64,000 bases of DNA from a virus, in the IMG/VR virus record IMGVR_UViG_3300046171_000197. The stretch is one strand, 5' to 3'. Position numbers and translations under genes: made by a program. Positions within the stretch are counted from its first letter, which is position 1; each line of letters starts with the position of its first letter. This document shows, in pieces, positions 47,137 to 58,920 of the stretch. The notes under the pieces are model-generated. The model searched no databases and was not told the origin of the DNA. It saw only the letters and a program-made list of their open reading frames with translations.

Positions 47137-50100
47137 ATGCCTCTTAATAAACTAGAGAATTTTATAAAGAATACCGAAGGTCGTATTCTTTATGTGAATC
47201 CAAATGATATTGACTCGACTGATGCGATCACGAATCAGGGTAATTCACTGGCGCAACCATTTAAAACAATACAAAGGGCTTTACTAGAGTCTGCTAGATT
47301 TTCATATGTAAAGGGGGAAAATAACGATTTAATAGAAAGAACAACAATATTAATATATCCTGGTGAGCATGAAGTAGATAATAGACCTGGTTTTGGAATC
47401 AAAGATGTAAGTGGAACAGCAACAGCAGTGTCACCCTCTGGTGCAGAAACAAACGCAACAACCACACTTACACTAAATTTAACTTCAAATTTTGATTTAG
47501 ATCAAGAAGATAATATACTTTACAAATTTAATAGTATTAACGGTGGTATTATAGTTCCTCGTGGTACATCTATCGTTGGACTAGATTTAAGAAAGACAAA
47601 GGTAAAACCTAAGTATGTTCCAAACCCAACTGATTTGTCAGCACCTGCAACAGCATTGTTCAGAGTTACTGGTACTTGTTACTTCTGGCAGTTCTCTATC
47701 TTTGATGGTGATGAAAGTAAGAAAGTATATACAGATCCAGTTGATTTCTCAGAAAATAATAAATCAATTCCAAGTTTCTCACACCATAAATTAACTTGTT
47801 TTGAATATGCTGATGGTGTTAATAAAGTTGATAGATTTAATTTAACAGACCTTGATATTTACTACAGTAAATTATCAAACGCATTTAATATTGCATCTAC
47901 AAGAGATATTGAAGAAAAATATCCTGATAAACCACTTGGATTTAAAGCTCAAAGACCTGAATTTGAAATTGTTGGTGCATTTGCCTCAGATCCAATTGCA
48001 ATTTCACTAATTAAATCTGGTGATGGTAGCACTGCAGGTAATGTGGTTACAGTTACAACTTCAACTGCACATGGATTTAGTAGTGGAACACCTATTAAGA
48101 TAAACGGTGTTTCTTCTCCAGAATATAATATCTCAACAAAAGTTGCAAGTATTCTTACAGAAACTGAATTTACATATCTACTACCAGCAGTTCCAACAAA
48201 CTTACAAGCAACACCAGTTCCAACAACTAATCAAACGATTACAATTGAAACTGATACAGTTACAGGTGCATCACCTTATATCTTTAACGTATCATTACGA
48301 TCTGTATTTGGTATGAATGGTGTTCTTGCTGACGGTGCAAAAGCAACTGGATTTAAGAGTATCGTTGTTGCACAGTTTACTGGTGTATCACTACAGAAAG
48401 ACGATAGAGCATTTGTAAAATATAATCCAACATCCAGAAAATTTGAAAGTATAACAGTAAATTTAGCTAAAGGTGCATTACTATCTAAAGAATCTTCATC
48501 ATTAGATGTAAATAAGGTTTATCACTTAGATACCAATGCAGTTTACAGAACTGGTTGGAAGACTGCACATATTGCAATGAAAAATGATGCAATTATGCAG
48601 ATTGTGTCAGTGTTTGCGATTGGATTTAATCGACACTTCTCTGCTGAAAGTGGTAGTGATGCATCAGTTACAAACTCAAACTCAAACTTTGGTCAGATAT
48701 CACTATCATCTGATGGATTTAAGAAAAATGCATTTAGTAAAGATGACGCAGCATATATTAGTAATATTATTACACCAAAAGCAATTACTGGCACACCAGT
48801 TAATGTAGATTGGCAAGCATTTGATGTTGGTCTTACAACATCTGTAGGTATATCAAGTCATCTATACTTATTTGGATTTAATGATGCTGATGACAAACCA
48901 CCTGTTGTTATTCAAGGTTATCGTGTTGGTGCAAAGGAGACTGATATAATTTCAGTCAATACTGGAACTGTTAAGACTGCATCTATCAATATGACTGATA
49001 GTGTTGTAAGTTCAGGATCATCAGTAGTTACAGGAACAAGTATAAGTAAAAAATTATTCCGAGTTGAAACAGGACCCTCATTTGTACAGAACAATACCGC
49101 AACATCAAATATATTTACAATTGGAACTCACACTATACAAACAGGTGAGAAGGTAAGATTATTCAGTGACGATGGAGATTTACCAGAGAACATTGAAACT
49201 AATAAAGTTTATTTTGCTATAAAAGTATCAGCAACAGAAATTAAGTTAGCATCATCTGTAACTAATGCACAAAATAATGTAGCTATTACTGTTTATGGTG
49301 GTACAAAATTATTTGTAGAAAGTAGAGTATCAGATAAAACATCAGGTGATATTGGATCACCAATACAATTTGATACTATTAATAAGAATTGGTTTGTACA
49401 TGTTCCAACAACAAATGATATTTACACAGATTTAAATACTCAAGGTGTAGCAACACTAGGAGAAAAAACAAATGTATCCTTTATATCAAGAACTGTAGAT
49501 CCTAGATCATTAGATGAAAGATTATATACTGTTCGTGTTGTAGTGCCAAAAGAATCAGCAAATGCAAAAGATCCTAATGATGGATTTGTTCTTCAAGAGT
49601 CTAGTACAACAGGTGTAAGAGCTAATACAGATTTTTCAATAAGTACAATAGATGCAGATGATGTTTTCTTTGAAAGAAATCCAAGATTTATAAGTACATG
49701 CTCTGCATCAGGAAGCACAGTATCAGTTAGAACTGAGGTACCTCATAACTTAAATGTAAGTGATAGAGTTAATATTTTAAATGTTAAGAGTTCTGCAAAT
49801 ACTACAGGTGTTGGAAATTCAGCATATAATGGCACATTTACAATTACAGCTATATCAAATGATAAAGAGTTTCAATATTCAACAACTGATGTGGATGGTA
49901 AGACACATACAACAGGTGATTTTACGAGTGATACTGCAACAAGAACAATTGATTTACCAAGATTCCAAAGAAATGATTTACAATCTAATCATTACATTTA
50001 CCGTAGTGAAGTAATTAGTGAATATATTAAAGATGTTCAAGATGGTATCTATCATTTATTTGTTTTAAAAGCAGATAATACTATTGTTGAGGAGTTTACA

Positions 50101-52506
50101 GATCAAAAATACAGTCAAAATGTTACTGATCTTTATCCACAACAAGATAAAGATAATGAAAATGATAATCCACCATCATCAGTCTCATTTGCAAGAAGAC
50201 AACCAATTGGTGATGTTGTAACTAATAGTCTTAAGAATAGTATCACAAGAGAATCTACTGATAAGTTATTGCAAGATTTTGGTAAAGGATTAAAAATTAC
50301 AAGTATTGATTCCACAACTGGTGTTTCTACAATAACATTTGACAGAGAGCATGGATTAAGTGGTATTGTAACTTATAGTGACTTTACTGGTGGTACAGGA
50401 TATACAAACGGAACATATCAAAACGTCAAGTTATTCAATACAGGAACTACTACATGGGATGGAGCAACAGCAAGAGTTGTAATTGCTGGTGGTTCTATTG
50501 CTAACTTTGATGTAATAGATGGTGGATCTGGATATGGTGCAGAAAAATTAGAATTTGATCCTACATTTATAGGTTCTCCTACTATTGGTGCTGCAGCTAC
50601 ATTCACAACAGTTGGTTTAACTACAAATATTGGTGATGTTCTTCAAGTTACTGGTGTTGGAACTCTCACTGATGGATACTATAAGATTTCAACAATCCCA
50701 TCAACTAAAACAGTCTCTGTTGCAACCACAACTGGTGATCCATCATTCTTAGCAGGACAATATGCACTTAATTTAGGACCTGCTGTTGCTGTTGCCTCTG
50801 ATGATTTTGAATCTGTGAGTGGAGTGTCAACATACACTTGTAGTTCTGCACATGGTTTAGTTGTAGGAAGTCCATTCAGAATTATAGACAGTTCAAATAA
50901 TAAACTTGGTGACTTTACAGTCAAGGAAAGAGTTGGTGTTAATACATTCTCTGCAATTACAAATGAAAACTTTACTGCAGCATTTGTTTTACGTCATGGC
51001 ATGAGTGCTGCTGATGCAACTTCTGATGTAGATGGAGAAAATCTTGGAACTAGAGGATTGTCATTCTATGATAATGAAACACTTACACTACAAGCAAATC
51101 TTACAACTGGAACTGCACTAGAAGTTCTTACTCCAAAGCTGGAATTGGAACTGCACTTAGATTCCCACTCGGATCTTATTTACAAATTGATGGTGAGATA
51201 ATGAGAGTAACCACATCTCAATTATCTGGTAGTGGATTAAATGAGATAGGTGTTGTTCGTGGTGCATTAGGAAGTACAAAACAAGATCATGAATCTGGAT
51301 CACTGATCCGAAAAATCAAACCAATACCAATCGAGTTTAGAAGACCATCTATTATTCGTGCTTCTGGACACACATTTGAATATATTGGTTATGGTCCTGG
51401 TAACTACTCAACTGGTTTACCACAGGTTCAGACTAAAACATTATCAGAAAGAGAGGAGTTCTTAGTTCAGTCACAAGAAAGATCTTGTGGACAGGTTGTT
51501 TATACTGGTATGAACAATGAGGGTGACTTCTTTATTGGTAATAAGAGAGTTAGTTCCGCAACGGGTCAGGAGAAAACATTTGACGCTCCAGTTCCAACAG
51601 TCACAGGTGAAGATCCATCAAGACTAAGTGTTGTATTTGATGAAGTTGTTATCAAAGAAAGACTCAAAGTTGAGGGTGGAACATCAAGAACTATCTTATC
51701 ACAGTTTGATGGTCCTGTTGCCTTCAGTCAAGACGTTAGATTTGATGCTGTTACATCATTCTCTAAAACAATTAATATTACACAAGGAACACAATCAACA
51801 TCTACAACTACAGGTGATTTGGTTATTACAGGTGGTGTGGGTATTGCAAAGAGTGTATTTATTGGTGGTAACTTAACTGTATCTGGTACATTCAACGGTG
51901 GTTCTGTTGAGTTTGGTAATGTTAAGATTGCACAAACAACTACTAATACTATTGATACTAAATCTGGAAATCTTGTACTAGATTCTGCAGGTGGATTAAT
52001 TGATATTAATGATAATGTTGATGTTAGTGGAACTCTAGATGTTGATGGTAACGTAACTCTAGGTAATGCCACAAGTGATGCAACCACAGTATCTGGAACT
52101 CTTGCAGTTCAGTCAACTACAAACTCAACTAGTAAAACAACTGGTGCATTAACAGTTAGTGGTGGTGTTGGAATCAATAATGATCTTCATGTTGGTGGAG
52201 ACATTACTGCGTTCTCCTCATCAGATCAAAATTTAAAGAGAACATAACTATTATACCAAATGCACTAGACAAAGTGAAAGCACTTACTGGTAATACATTT
52301 ACTTGGAAATCAGAAACTTCACAATATGATCATTTTGCAGGTAAGGATGACACTGGTGTGATTGCACAAGAGGTTGAAGCACTTGGATTGCCAGGTATCA
52401 CAACAACAAGAGATGATGGTACAAAGGAGTTCGTTATGAGAGATTAGTTCCTGTATTAATACAGGCAATTAAAGAACTATCTGCGAAAGTAGATGCACTA
52501 TCCTAA
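47137..52506 (+). CDS. Giant virion fibre (~1790 aa) with a C-terminal peptidase S74-type intramolecular chaperone, reconstructed across about three indels
   Basis: Joins 47137..51201, 51201..52247 and an uncalled tail reading SSSDQNLKENI..ALDKV..LTGNTFTW..DTGVIAQEVE..GLP..RDDG..V.YERLVPVLIQAIKEL. Confidence 0.75.
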
Positions 52507-52529
52507 TAAATAACTAAAAATACTACAAG

Positions 52530-54426
52530 ATGGCGAGTATAAGAAAATCATTTAGTTTCCGAAACGGAGTCCAAGTTGACGAAGATAATTTTATCGTCAA
52601 TGCTAATGGCTTGGTTGGTATTGGAACTTCAGTACCAGGTGAAGCTCTTGATGTTCGTGGTACAGCAAAGGTAGTTGGTTTAGTCACAGCATCAGATGTA
52701 TTTGTATCTGGTGTTGCAACGATCACAGAGATTCAAGTTGGAAGTGCAATAACAATAGGTAATAGTGGAGTTATAAGCTGCTACATCATTCTTTGGTGAT
52801 GGTGCAACATTATCTAACTTACCTACATCACAATGGAAAGACGTTGATGTTGGATTAGGATTTACTTCAATACATGCAGCTGGTAATGTTGGTATCGCTA
52901 CCACAGATCCAAGAAGTAGTTTCCAAGTTGGTGGAACACCAGGTGTTGCAGGTAAAGTAGGAGTCGGAATAAATTCAATTGGTAATATTCATGCAACAGG
53001 TATTACAACCTCTGCGAGTTTTGTAGGTCCTCTTACTGGTAATGTGACTGGTAATGTGACTGGAAACGTAACGGGAGCAGTCACGGGTAATGTTACAGGA
53101 AATATAACAGGTAATGTTGATGGAGATATAAATTCAACTGGTCTTTCTACATTTGCAACTCTATCAGTCACAGGTTTAGTTAATGTTGGAACTGCTGCAA
53201 CATTTAATACAGCAGGTCTTGATGTAACTGGAGTTACTTCATCTACGAGTTTTGTTGGTGCTTTAACTGGGGATGTCACAGGTAATGTCACAGGAAATAT
53301 AACAGGTGATATCACTGGTGATGTAAGTTCTGGCATCACTACCGCAACCACAGAGTTGAATGTTGGTACGGGTGGAACTTCATTAACTTCATTAAATACA
53401 GGTAAACTTGGAATCGGAACTGCAATTCCTAGCAAAGATGTTACTATAAAGAAAGAAGCAAACACCTCTGTTGAAGTTGTATCTGAGAGTGGAGTATCAA
53501 ATATAAGTATCGGATTGACAGGTGAAACTAAAAATAAAGGTATTCTAAGATTTAACAATGATGTCAATACATTTGATATTGTTAATAATGACACAGGTGA
53601 TCTTAACTTTATTCTAGATGCAGATAGCAATAGTGGAACTGGTGATATAAGATTTTTAAAGACAACTTCCGAAAAAATGAGGTTAACAAATGATGGAAAG
53701 CTGGGTATCGCTATTACAAATCCATCACATCAACTTCATGTGGTTGGTACATCTACTGTCACAGGAAATGCATTTGTTGGTGGTAATTTATCAATTGGTG
53801 GTACAATATCTGGACAGTTAGCATTAGGACAAACTTTACAGGCAAATATCTTTACTACTTCTGGTGTATCTACATTTGGTCAAGTTAATATATCTGGACC
53901 AATTGGATTTAGTTCAGAAATACCAAATTGTGACATTGATTTTCAACAGGCAACTGCTTCATTTGGTTCGATTGGTATTGGAACTACAAATCCTGTTGCT
54001 AAACTTAAAATAATTGGTGGTGCTTTGTTAGATGATGTTGGATTTAATACCTCATCTATAAAAACTGATCCTGGTTATAATTGTGGAAACATACAATTCT
54101 ATAATCAAAGATTTGGAATGTATAGTAGTGATATGATATTTGACTCTGCAAGAGATTCACAGATTGGTTTTGGTACAGTAGGAGATAATTTTGCTGGTAT
54201 GATTGATATGAGATTGGGTGGTGAAAATCACGTTTCACCTTGGCTATATCTTCCTCAGATGACCACTGCGAGAAGAAATACTGCCACTGGAAATTCTAAT
54301 CTCACAGGTATATCAACTGGTGCAGTAATATATAATACAACTGTGAATAGAGTCGAGATATTTTTACCAGGTGGTGCTTCAAGTCCACAAACAGGAGATT
54401 GGGTTGGTATCGCAACTGTTGCTTAA
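52530..54426 (+). CDS. Tail fibre protein, reconstructed across a +1 indel at ~52776
   Basis: GLVGIGTSVP, FFGDGATLSNL, VTGN repeats, YNTT.NRVE ending. Confidence 0.75.
53035..53120 (+). repeat. 12-bp imperfect tandem repeat encoding (V/I)TGN; a second block lies at ~53265-53325
   Basis: ACTGGTAATGTG ACTGGTAATGTG ACTGGAAACGTA ACGGGAGCAGTC ACGGGTAATGTT ACAGGAAATATA ACAGGTAATGTT. Confidence 0.85.
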
Positions 54427-54429
54427 TTT

Positions 54430-55896
54430 ATGAAAAAAATTGTTATTGTAGGAGCGGGGACTGCTGGATTAGCAACTGCCGCTATGATGAAAAATTATTG
54501 GAAAGAAAAGGTAGATATAACATTAATATATGATAAAAGTAAAGGTAATATCTCTGTAGGAGAAAGCACAACCCCTATCTTTAGATTATTGTTGGCACAT
54601 TTAGGTGTATCTACTAAACAATTAATTAAAGATATTGGTGGTAAGGCAACTATAAAACTTGGCATTAACTTTAAAAATTGGATACCAAACACAGAGTATT
54701 TTCATGGATTTGCTGAAATTGATGAGCAACCAAGTACAAACACAAGTGCAATATATTCAATTCCAATGAAGATTTTTAATGGTGGAGTTAATTATAATAA
54801 ACCAATATGCACAATACCAAATAAACCTTTTGAAGAATATGGATATGCGATGCACATTGATACTAAAGTATTTTGTGAATATATCACAGACAAGTTAAAA
54901 GATAGTATTAAATTTGTAGATGATACTGTCACAAGAGTTAGAGTTAACTCAGAATGTAATAAGATAGAAAATATTGAATGTAGATATAGTGGTCTTGTAG
55001 AAGCAGATTTATTTGTCGATGCCTCTGGTTTTAACGCAGTATTATTTAAACATTTGAATCCTACTTGGCACGATACATCTAATATCTTACCTATAGATCG
55101 TGCGATACCACAACAAGTGCCTCACGATTTTAAAGACACACCTGCATATACAACTTGTGAAGCAACAAAGAATGGTTGGATATGGCAAATACCGATAGGA
55201 GATAGATTTGGTACAGGATATTTGTATTCATCTAAATTTACTACAGATGAAGAAGCACAAAAACAGTATGATAAATGGCTACGAGAAAAGTTTAATGTAG
55301 GATTAGAAACTGATCGAATTATAAGATATAAACCTGGTTATTACGAGGATTATTGGATGGGTAATTGTCTTGCAGTTGGATTGTCAAGTGGATTTATTGA
55401 ACCATTAGAAGCAACTGGTATTCAGATTATTATTCAGCAGATACAAGAGTTTATGATTATTAATTCAACTCTTAAGGATTTAGAATATAATCGAACAATA
55501 ATAAACAAAGGTAATCGCACATTGTATAAAGATATAATTGATTTTGTTGCATTACATTATTGTACAAATCGAACTGACTCAGCATTTTGGAATTACATGA
55601 CATATAATAAAATTGATTGGGTACGAGATTTTGAGGAGAAATGTAAAGAGGAATTTTTAGATAGTCGAACTTGTTTTAAGGAAAAAACATTCTGGGGACT
55701 CGATAGTTTTATACAGGTATGCTATGGTTTAAAAATGTTTGATGAAGATTCGATTCATAATTTTATTAAGTCTAAAGTAGATGGTAGAGACATAGTTATT
55801 AATGCCAAAGGTGATCATGAATTTATCACAAATGAAAAGAAAAAGATTAAACAAATATCTCATAAGAAAGTTTTAGACCTCATTATGAATAAATAA
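54430..55896 (+). CDS. Tryptophan halogenase-like flavin-dependent halogenase
   Basis: VGAGTAG FAD motif, VGEST.P, ATIKLGI.F (catalytic Lys), GWIWQIP, GFIEPLEATG. Confidence 0.9.
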   Translation: MKKIVIVGAGTAGLATAAMMKNYWKEKVDITLIYDKSKGNISVGESTTPIFRLLLAHLGVSTKQLIKDIGGKATIKLGINFKNWIPNTEYFHGFAEIDEQPSTNTSAIYSIPMKIFNGGVNYNKPICTIPNKPFEEYGYAMHIDTKVFCEYITDKLKDSIKFVDDTVTRVRVNSECNKIENIECRYSGLVEADLFVDASGFNAVLFKHLNPTWHDTSNILPIDRAIPQQVPHDFKDTPAYTTCEATKNGWIWQIPIGDRFGTGYLYSSKFTTDEEAQKQYDKWLREKFNVGLETDRIIRYKPGYYEDYWMGNCLAVGLSSGFIEPLEATGIQIIIQQIQEFMIINSTLKDLEYNRTIINKGNRTLYKDIIDFVALHYCTNRTDSAFWNYMTYNKIDWVRDFEEKCKEEFLDSRTCFKEKTFWGLDSFIQVCYGLKMFDEDSIHNFIKSKVDGRDIVINAKGDHEFITNEKKKIKQISHKKVLDLIMNK

Positions 55897-55910
55897 AAGA
55901 AAAAAGTAAA

Positions 55911-56096
55911 ATGGGTTATTACATTACAAAGACAGGATTATCTGGTAAGACAGTTTACTGGACAGGTGGAGTTCATTGGTCTGATGATAGTTCTAGTAAA
56001 AAAGTTTATGCAACTAAGTCAACAGCAGACTCAAAGATTGTAAACACCGATGGTAAGAATGGTGGTTGGACAGGTGCTACAGTCGTAAGTGAATAA
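55911..56096 (+). CDS. Small virion-type hypothetical protein (61 aa)
   Basis: Late box at 55889; coupled to the next gene. Confidence 0.65.
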   Translation: MGYYITKTGLSGKTVYWTGGVHWSDDSSSKKVYATKSTADSKIVNTDGKNGGWTGATVVSE

Positions 56097-57228
56097 TGGC
56101 AATACAAATCTCTGCAACTCAATATTTTGGTAGTGGTGCTATAAGTTTTAGTGCGATGAGAAGCACGTTTCGGTTGAATAGTCCAACTGGAACTATATCA
56201 GCGTCTGAACTTTAAGAAATACTGATGTAACAAATACAGATCCAATATTACCTGATGCAACAGAGAATAGTGATGTTGCAACTTCAACTGATTGGAAGAC
56301 ATCACAGATAAGAGATAGTATTAAATTTTATAATGTAACTCAACCAAGTGGAGATACAAACGTAAATCTAGATATTGATGGACTCTCTTGGAATAGTAAT
56401 TTAAATAAGAATGTTGTCAAGAAAATCAATATTCAAGGTACTTGTGGTTCTAATACTACAGGTACAGCAGCTGCATTGATGGATGATACTGCACATAATT
56501 TAACCATAGACGTAAGTGGAGATATATTTGGGTGTGGTGCATTATCGGTAACTGATGATAATAATCCTGATGGTTTAGATGGTGGAGATGCACTCGATGT
56601 CATTACTTCTGGTAATAATGTTAAAGTCAATGTTCAATCGACTGCGAGAATTTATGCAGGTGGTGGAGGAGGAGAACATGGAACTGAAGGGTCTCAAGGA
56701 CAAAATGGAACTTGTTTTGATTATATTTTTGGTACAGTAGGAAGTGGTTGTGGATTTTGTGGAGACTGTAGTAATTTAGGTGCAGGATACGAGAGATATG
56801 CAGGTTGTAATGATGCAGGTGGATGTAACTGTTATAGTTGGTGGGGATGGGGTGGTTGTCGCCAAAGAATTTTAAGTACAGCAGAATGTCGTAAACAAGA
56901 TCCACAAACTGTTGCAGGTGGGACAGGTGGTGCAGGTGGAGATGGTGGTCGTGGTCGTGGATATAATTATCAATCAGGTTCATTAGCAGGTTCAGGTGGT
57001 TCATCAGGTGGAGCATTTCAGGGTTGTAGTGGATTTGTTGGCACAATATCAAATGGTGGTCAAGGTGGTATAGGAGAAACTGGTGGGTCAGGTGGAGATT
57101 GGGGTCAAAATGGTTCAAATACAGCAGATTCAGGTGATGGTGGAACAGCAGGTAAAGCGATAGATAGATCGTCAGGTGTATCCGTCACAGGAACATTAAA
57201 TTCAAATACTATTAAAGGTTCTTATTAG
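56096..57228 (+). CDS. Gly-rich fibre-like protein with a Cys/Trp-rich insert, reconstructed across an indel at ~56212
   Basis: MAIQISATQYF.SGAISFS..SEL-RNTD continues into 56476..57228; IYAGGGGG..GGAGGDGG..GGDWG. Confidence 0.7.
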
Positions 57229-57243
57229 CTACGAGATTTTTTT

Positions 57244-57537
57244 ATGAAAAAATTGAGTGATCTTGAAAATAAAAAATACCCCCCAATACTAGAGCAAGGA
57301 AAGAATCTACTCTTGACAATCGGGAGAATTTATAATACAATAACAGATAAGAACTCTGATCTAGTAACCCCTAGAAAAATTTATTGGCAGAGGATCGAGA
57401 TTTGTAAGGCTTGCCCTAGATGCGATCAAACACAAAAAAGATGTTTAGAGTGTGGATGTTTTATTCCAATGAAAGCAAAATTAGTAGTAGAAGCTTGCCC
57501 ATTAGGAAAATGGGAAGAAAATGAACTTGTTGATTAA
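57244..57537 (+). CDS. Small Cys-cluster (metal-binding) protein
   Basis: R..ICKAC..C..CLECGCF..K..CPLGKW. Confidence 0.75.
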   Translation: MKKLSDLENKKYPPILEQGKNLLLTIGRIYNTITDKNSDLVTPRKIYWQRIEICKACPRCDQTQKRCLECGCFIPMKAKLVVEACPLGKWEENELVD

Positions 57538-58057
57538 AGACAATTTTTTTACTAATCCTGATGTATTGCGTAGGATGGCACTAGATTGTAATTATATTAA
57601 TGCTGAAGATGTTTCAGTTGATGTAGGATGGAGAGGTCATAGAACAGATGAATTTGAACAGGTAGATAATGAGCATTTAATTCTTGCTAGTCAAAAAGTT
57701 AGTCAAGCAGTTTGTGAACATTTTAATTTAAATGGATATTCAATTAAGTCATATTTTCATCTATCACACTCAGGAACTAAAAAAACTCTAGATGATTTTG
57801 AAAATAAAAAATATCATAAAGATGACTTTGATTATGCAGGTGTTGTATATTTAAAACCGAGTCCACCGAGAGGAACTGGAACATCAATTTTAGATGGTGC
57901 TAAAAATAGTATTCGTACTATTAGAAACAGATATAATCGTTTACTTGCTTACCCTGCACATCATATTCATGCACCCACAGACTTATTTGGAGAAGACTTT
58001 TATACAGGTCGAATGACACTTACTTTCTTTATGGCAAAAGATTGGAGTTGGGATTGA
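57521..58057 (+). CDS. Putative 2OG-Fe(II) oxygenase-like protein
   Basis: DNFF.NPD.LR..A..YHKD..YAGVVYL..P..GT..NRLL.Y..H.P..F..R.TLTFF. Confidence 0.7.
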   Translation: MNLLIKDNFFTNPDVLRRMALDCNYINAEDVSVDVGWRGHRTDEFEQVDNEHLILASQKVSQAVCEHFNLNGYSIKSYFHLSHSGTKKTLDDFENKKYHKDDFDYAGVVYLKPSPPRGTGTSILDGAKNSIRTIRNRYNRLLAYPAHHIHAPTDLFGEDFYTGRMTLTFFMAKDWSWD

Positions 58058-58123
58058 AATATAAAATACCATACATACTCTGTATGGTTTGTTCCGAAGG
58101 CTATAGGTTTTTTTAAAGGCAAG

Positions 58124-58152
58124 TTGCAAATACGAGATTTTTTTGTTATAAT
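58124..58152 (+). promoter_or_regulatory. sigma70 early-type promoter
   Basis: TTGCAA, 17-nt spacer, TG-t-TATAAT. Similar elements occur at 58831-58859 (TTGACA-17-TAGATT), 59981-59989 (TGcTATAAT) and 62778-62806 (TTGCAT-17-TATAAT). Confidence 0.65.
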
Positions 58153-58158
58153 GTTGGA

Positions 58159-58830
58159 ATGAGTGAATTAAAGTTATATAATGATAATTGTATGAATGTC
58201 TTGAAGACACTAGAGAATGATAGTGTTCATATGACATTGACAGATATACCTTATGATGAAGTCAATCGTTCAAGTGGTGGACTTAGAAATCTTGATAAGA
58301 GTCATGCAGATATAATTACATTTCCACTAGACGAATTTATAGATGAAGTTGTCAGAGTTACTTCTGGTAGCATCTATATTTTTTGTGGTTCAATACAAGT
58401 ATCACATATTCGCAATAGATTGATTGAACATAAACTGTCAGTAAGACATTGTATATGGGAGAAGACAAACCCATCACCGATGAATGGTCAACATATATGG
58501 TTATCGAGTATTGAGAATTGTGTGTTCGGAAAGAAGTCGGGTGCAACATTTAATGAGCATTGTAAGTCAGCAGTATGGAGAAATGCAATAGAGCATTACA
58601 AAGACCACCCAACACCAAAACCAGTAAAATTAATGTCGAGATTGATTGAAGCAAGTTCTAATATTGGAGATACTGTACTGGACACTTGTATGGGTAGTGG
58701 AGCAATCGGTGTAGCAGCAAAGCAATGTGGTAGAAGTTTTATAGGGATAGAATTAAATAAAGAGTATTATGATATGACAGAGGAGAGATTACAGAGTCAA
58801 ACTGCAAGTGTTCTTGATTTCCTGACATAG
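58159..58830 (+). CDS. Beta-class N6-A/N4-C DNA methyltransferase
   Basis: Motif IV TDIPY precedes HPTPKP and motif I DTCMGSG..GIE. Confidence 0.85.
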   Translation: MSELKLYNDNCMNVLKTLENDSVHMTLTDIPYDEVNRSSGGLRNLDKSHADIITFPLDEFIDEVVRVTSGSIYIFCGSIQVSHIRNRLIEHKLSVRHCIWEKTNPSPMNGQHIWLSSIENCVFGKKSGATFNEHCKSAVWRNAIEHYKDHPTPKPVKLMSRLIEASSNIGDTVLDTCMGSGAIGVAAKQCGRSFIGIELNKEYYDMTEERLQSQTASVLDFLT

Positions 58831-58920
58831 TTGACAAAGATATAAAGGTGTGTTAGATTAAGTTCAACTTGAAGCAACAGTAGTTGTGACGAGGGTTTAG
58901 AAAAACTTACTATTAAAATA

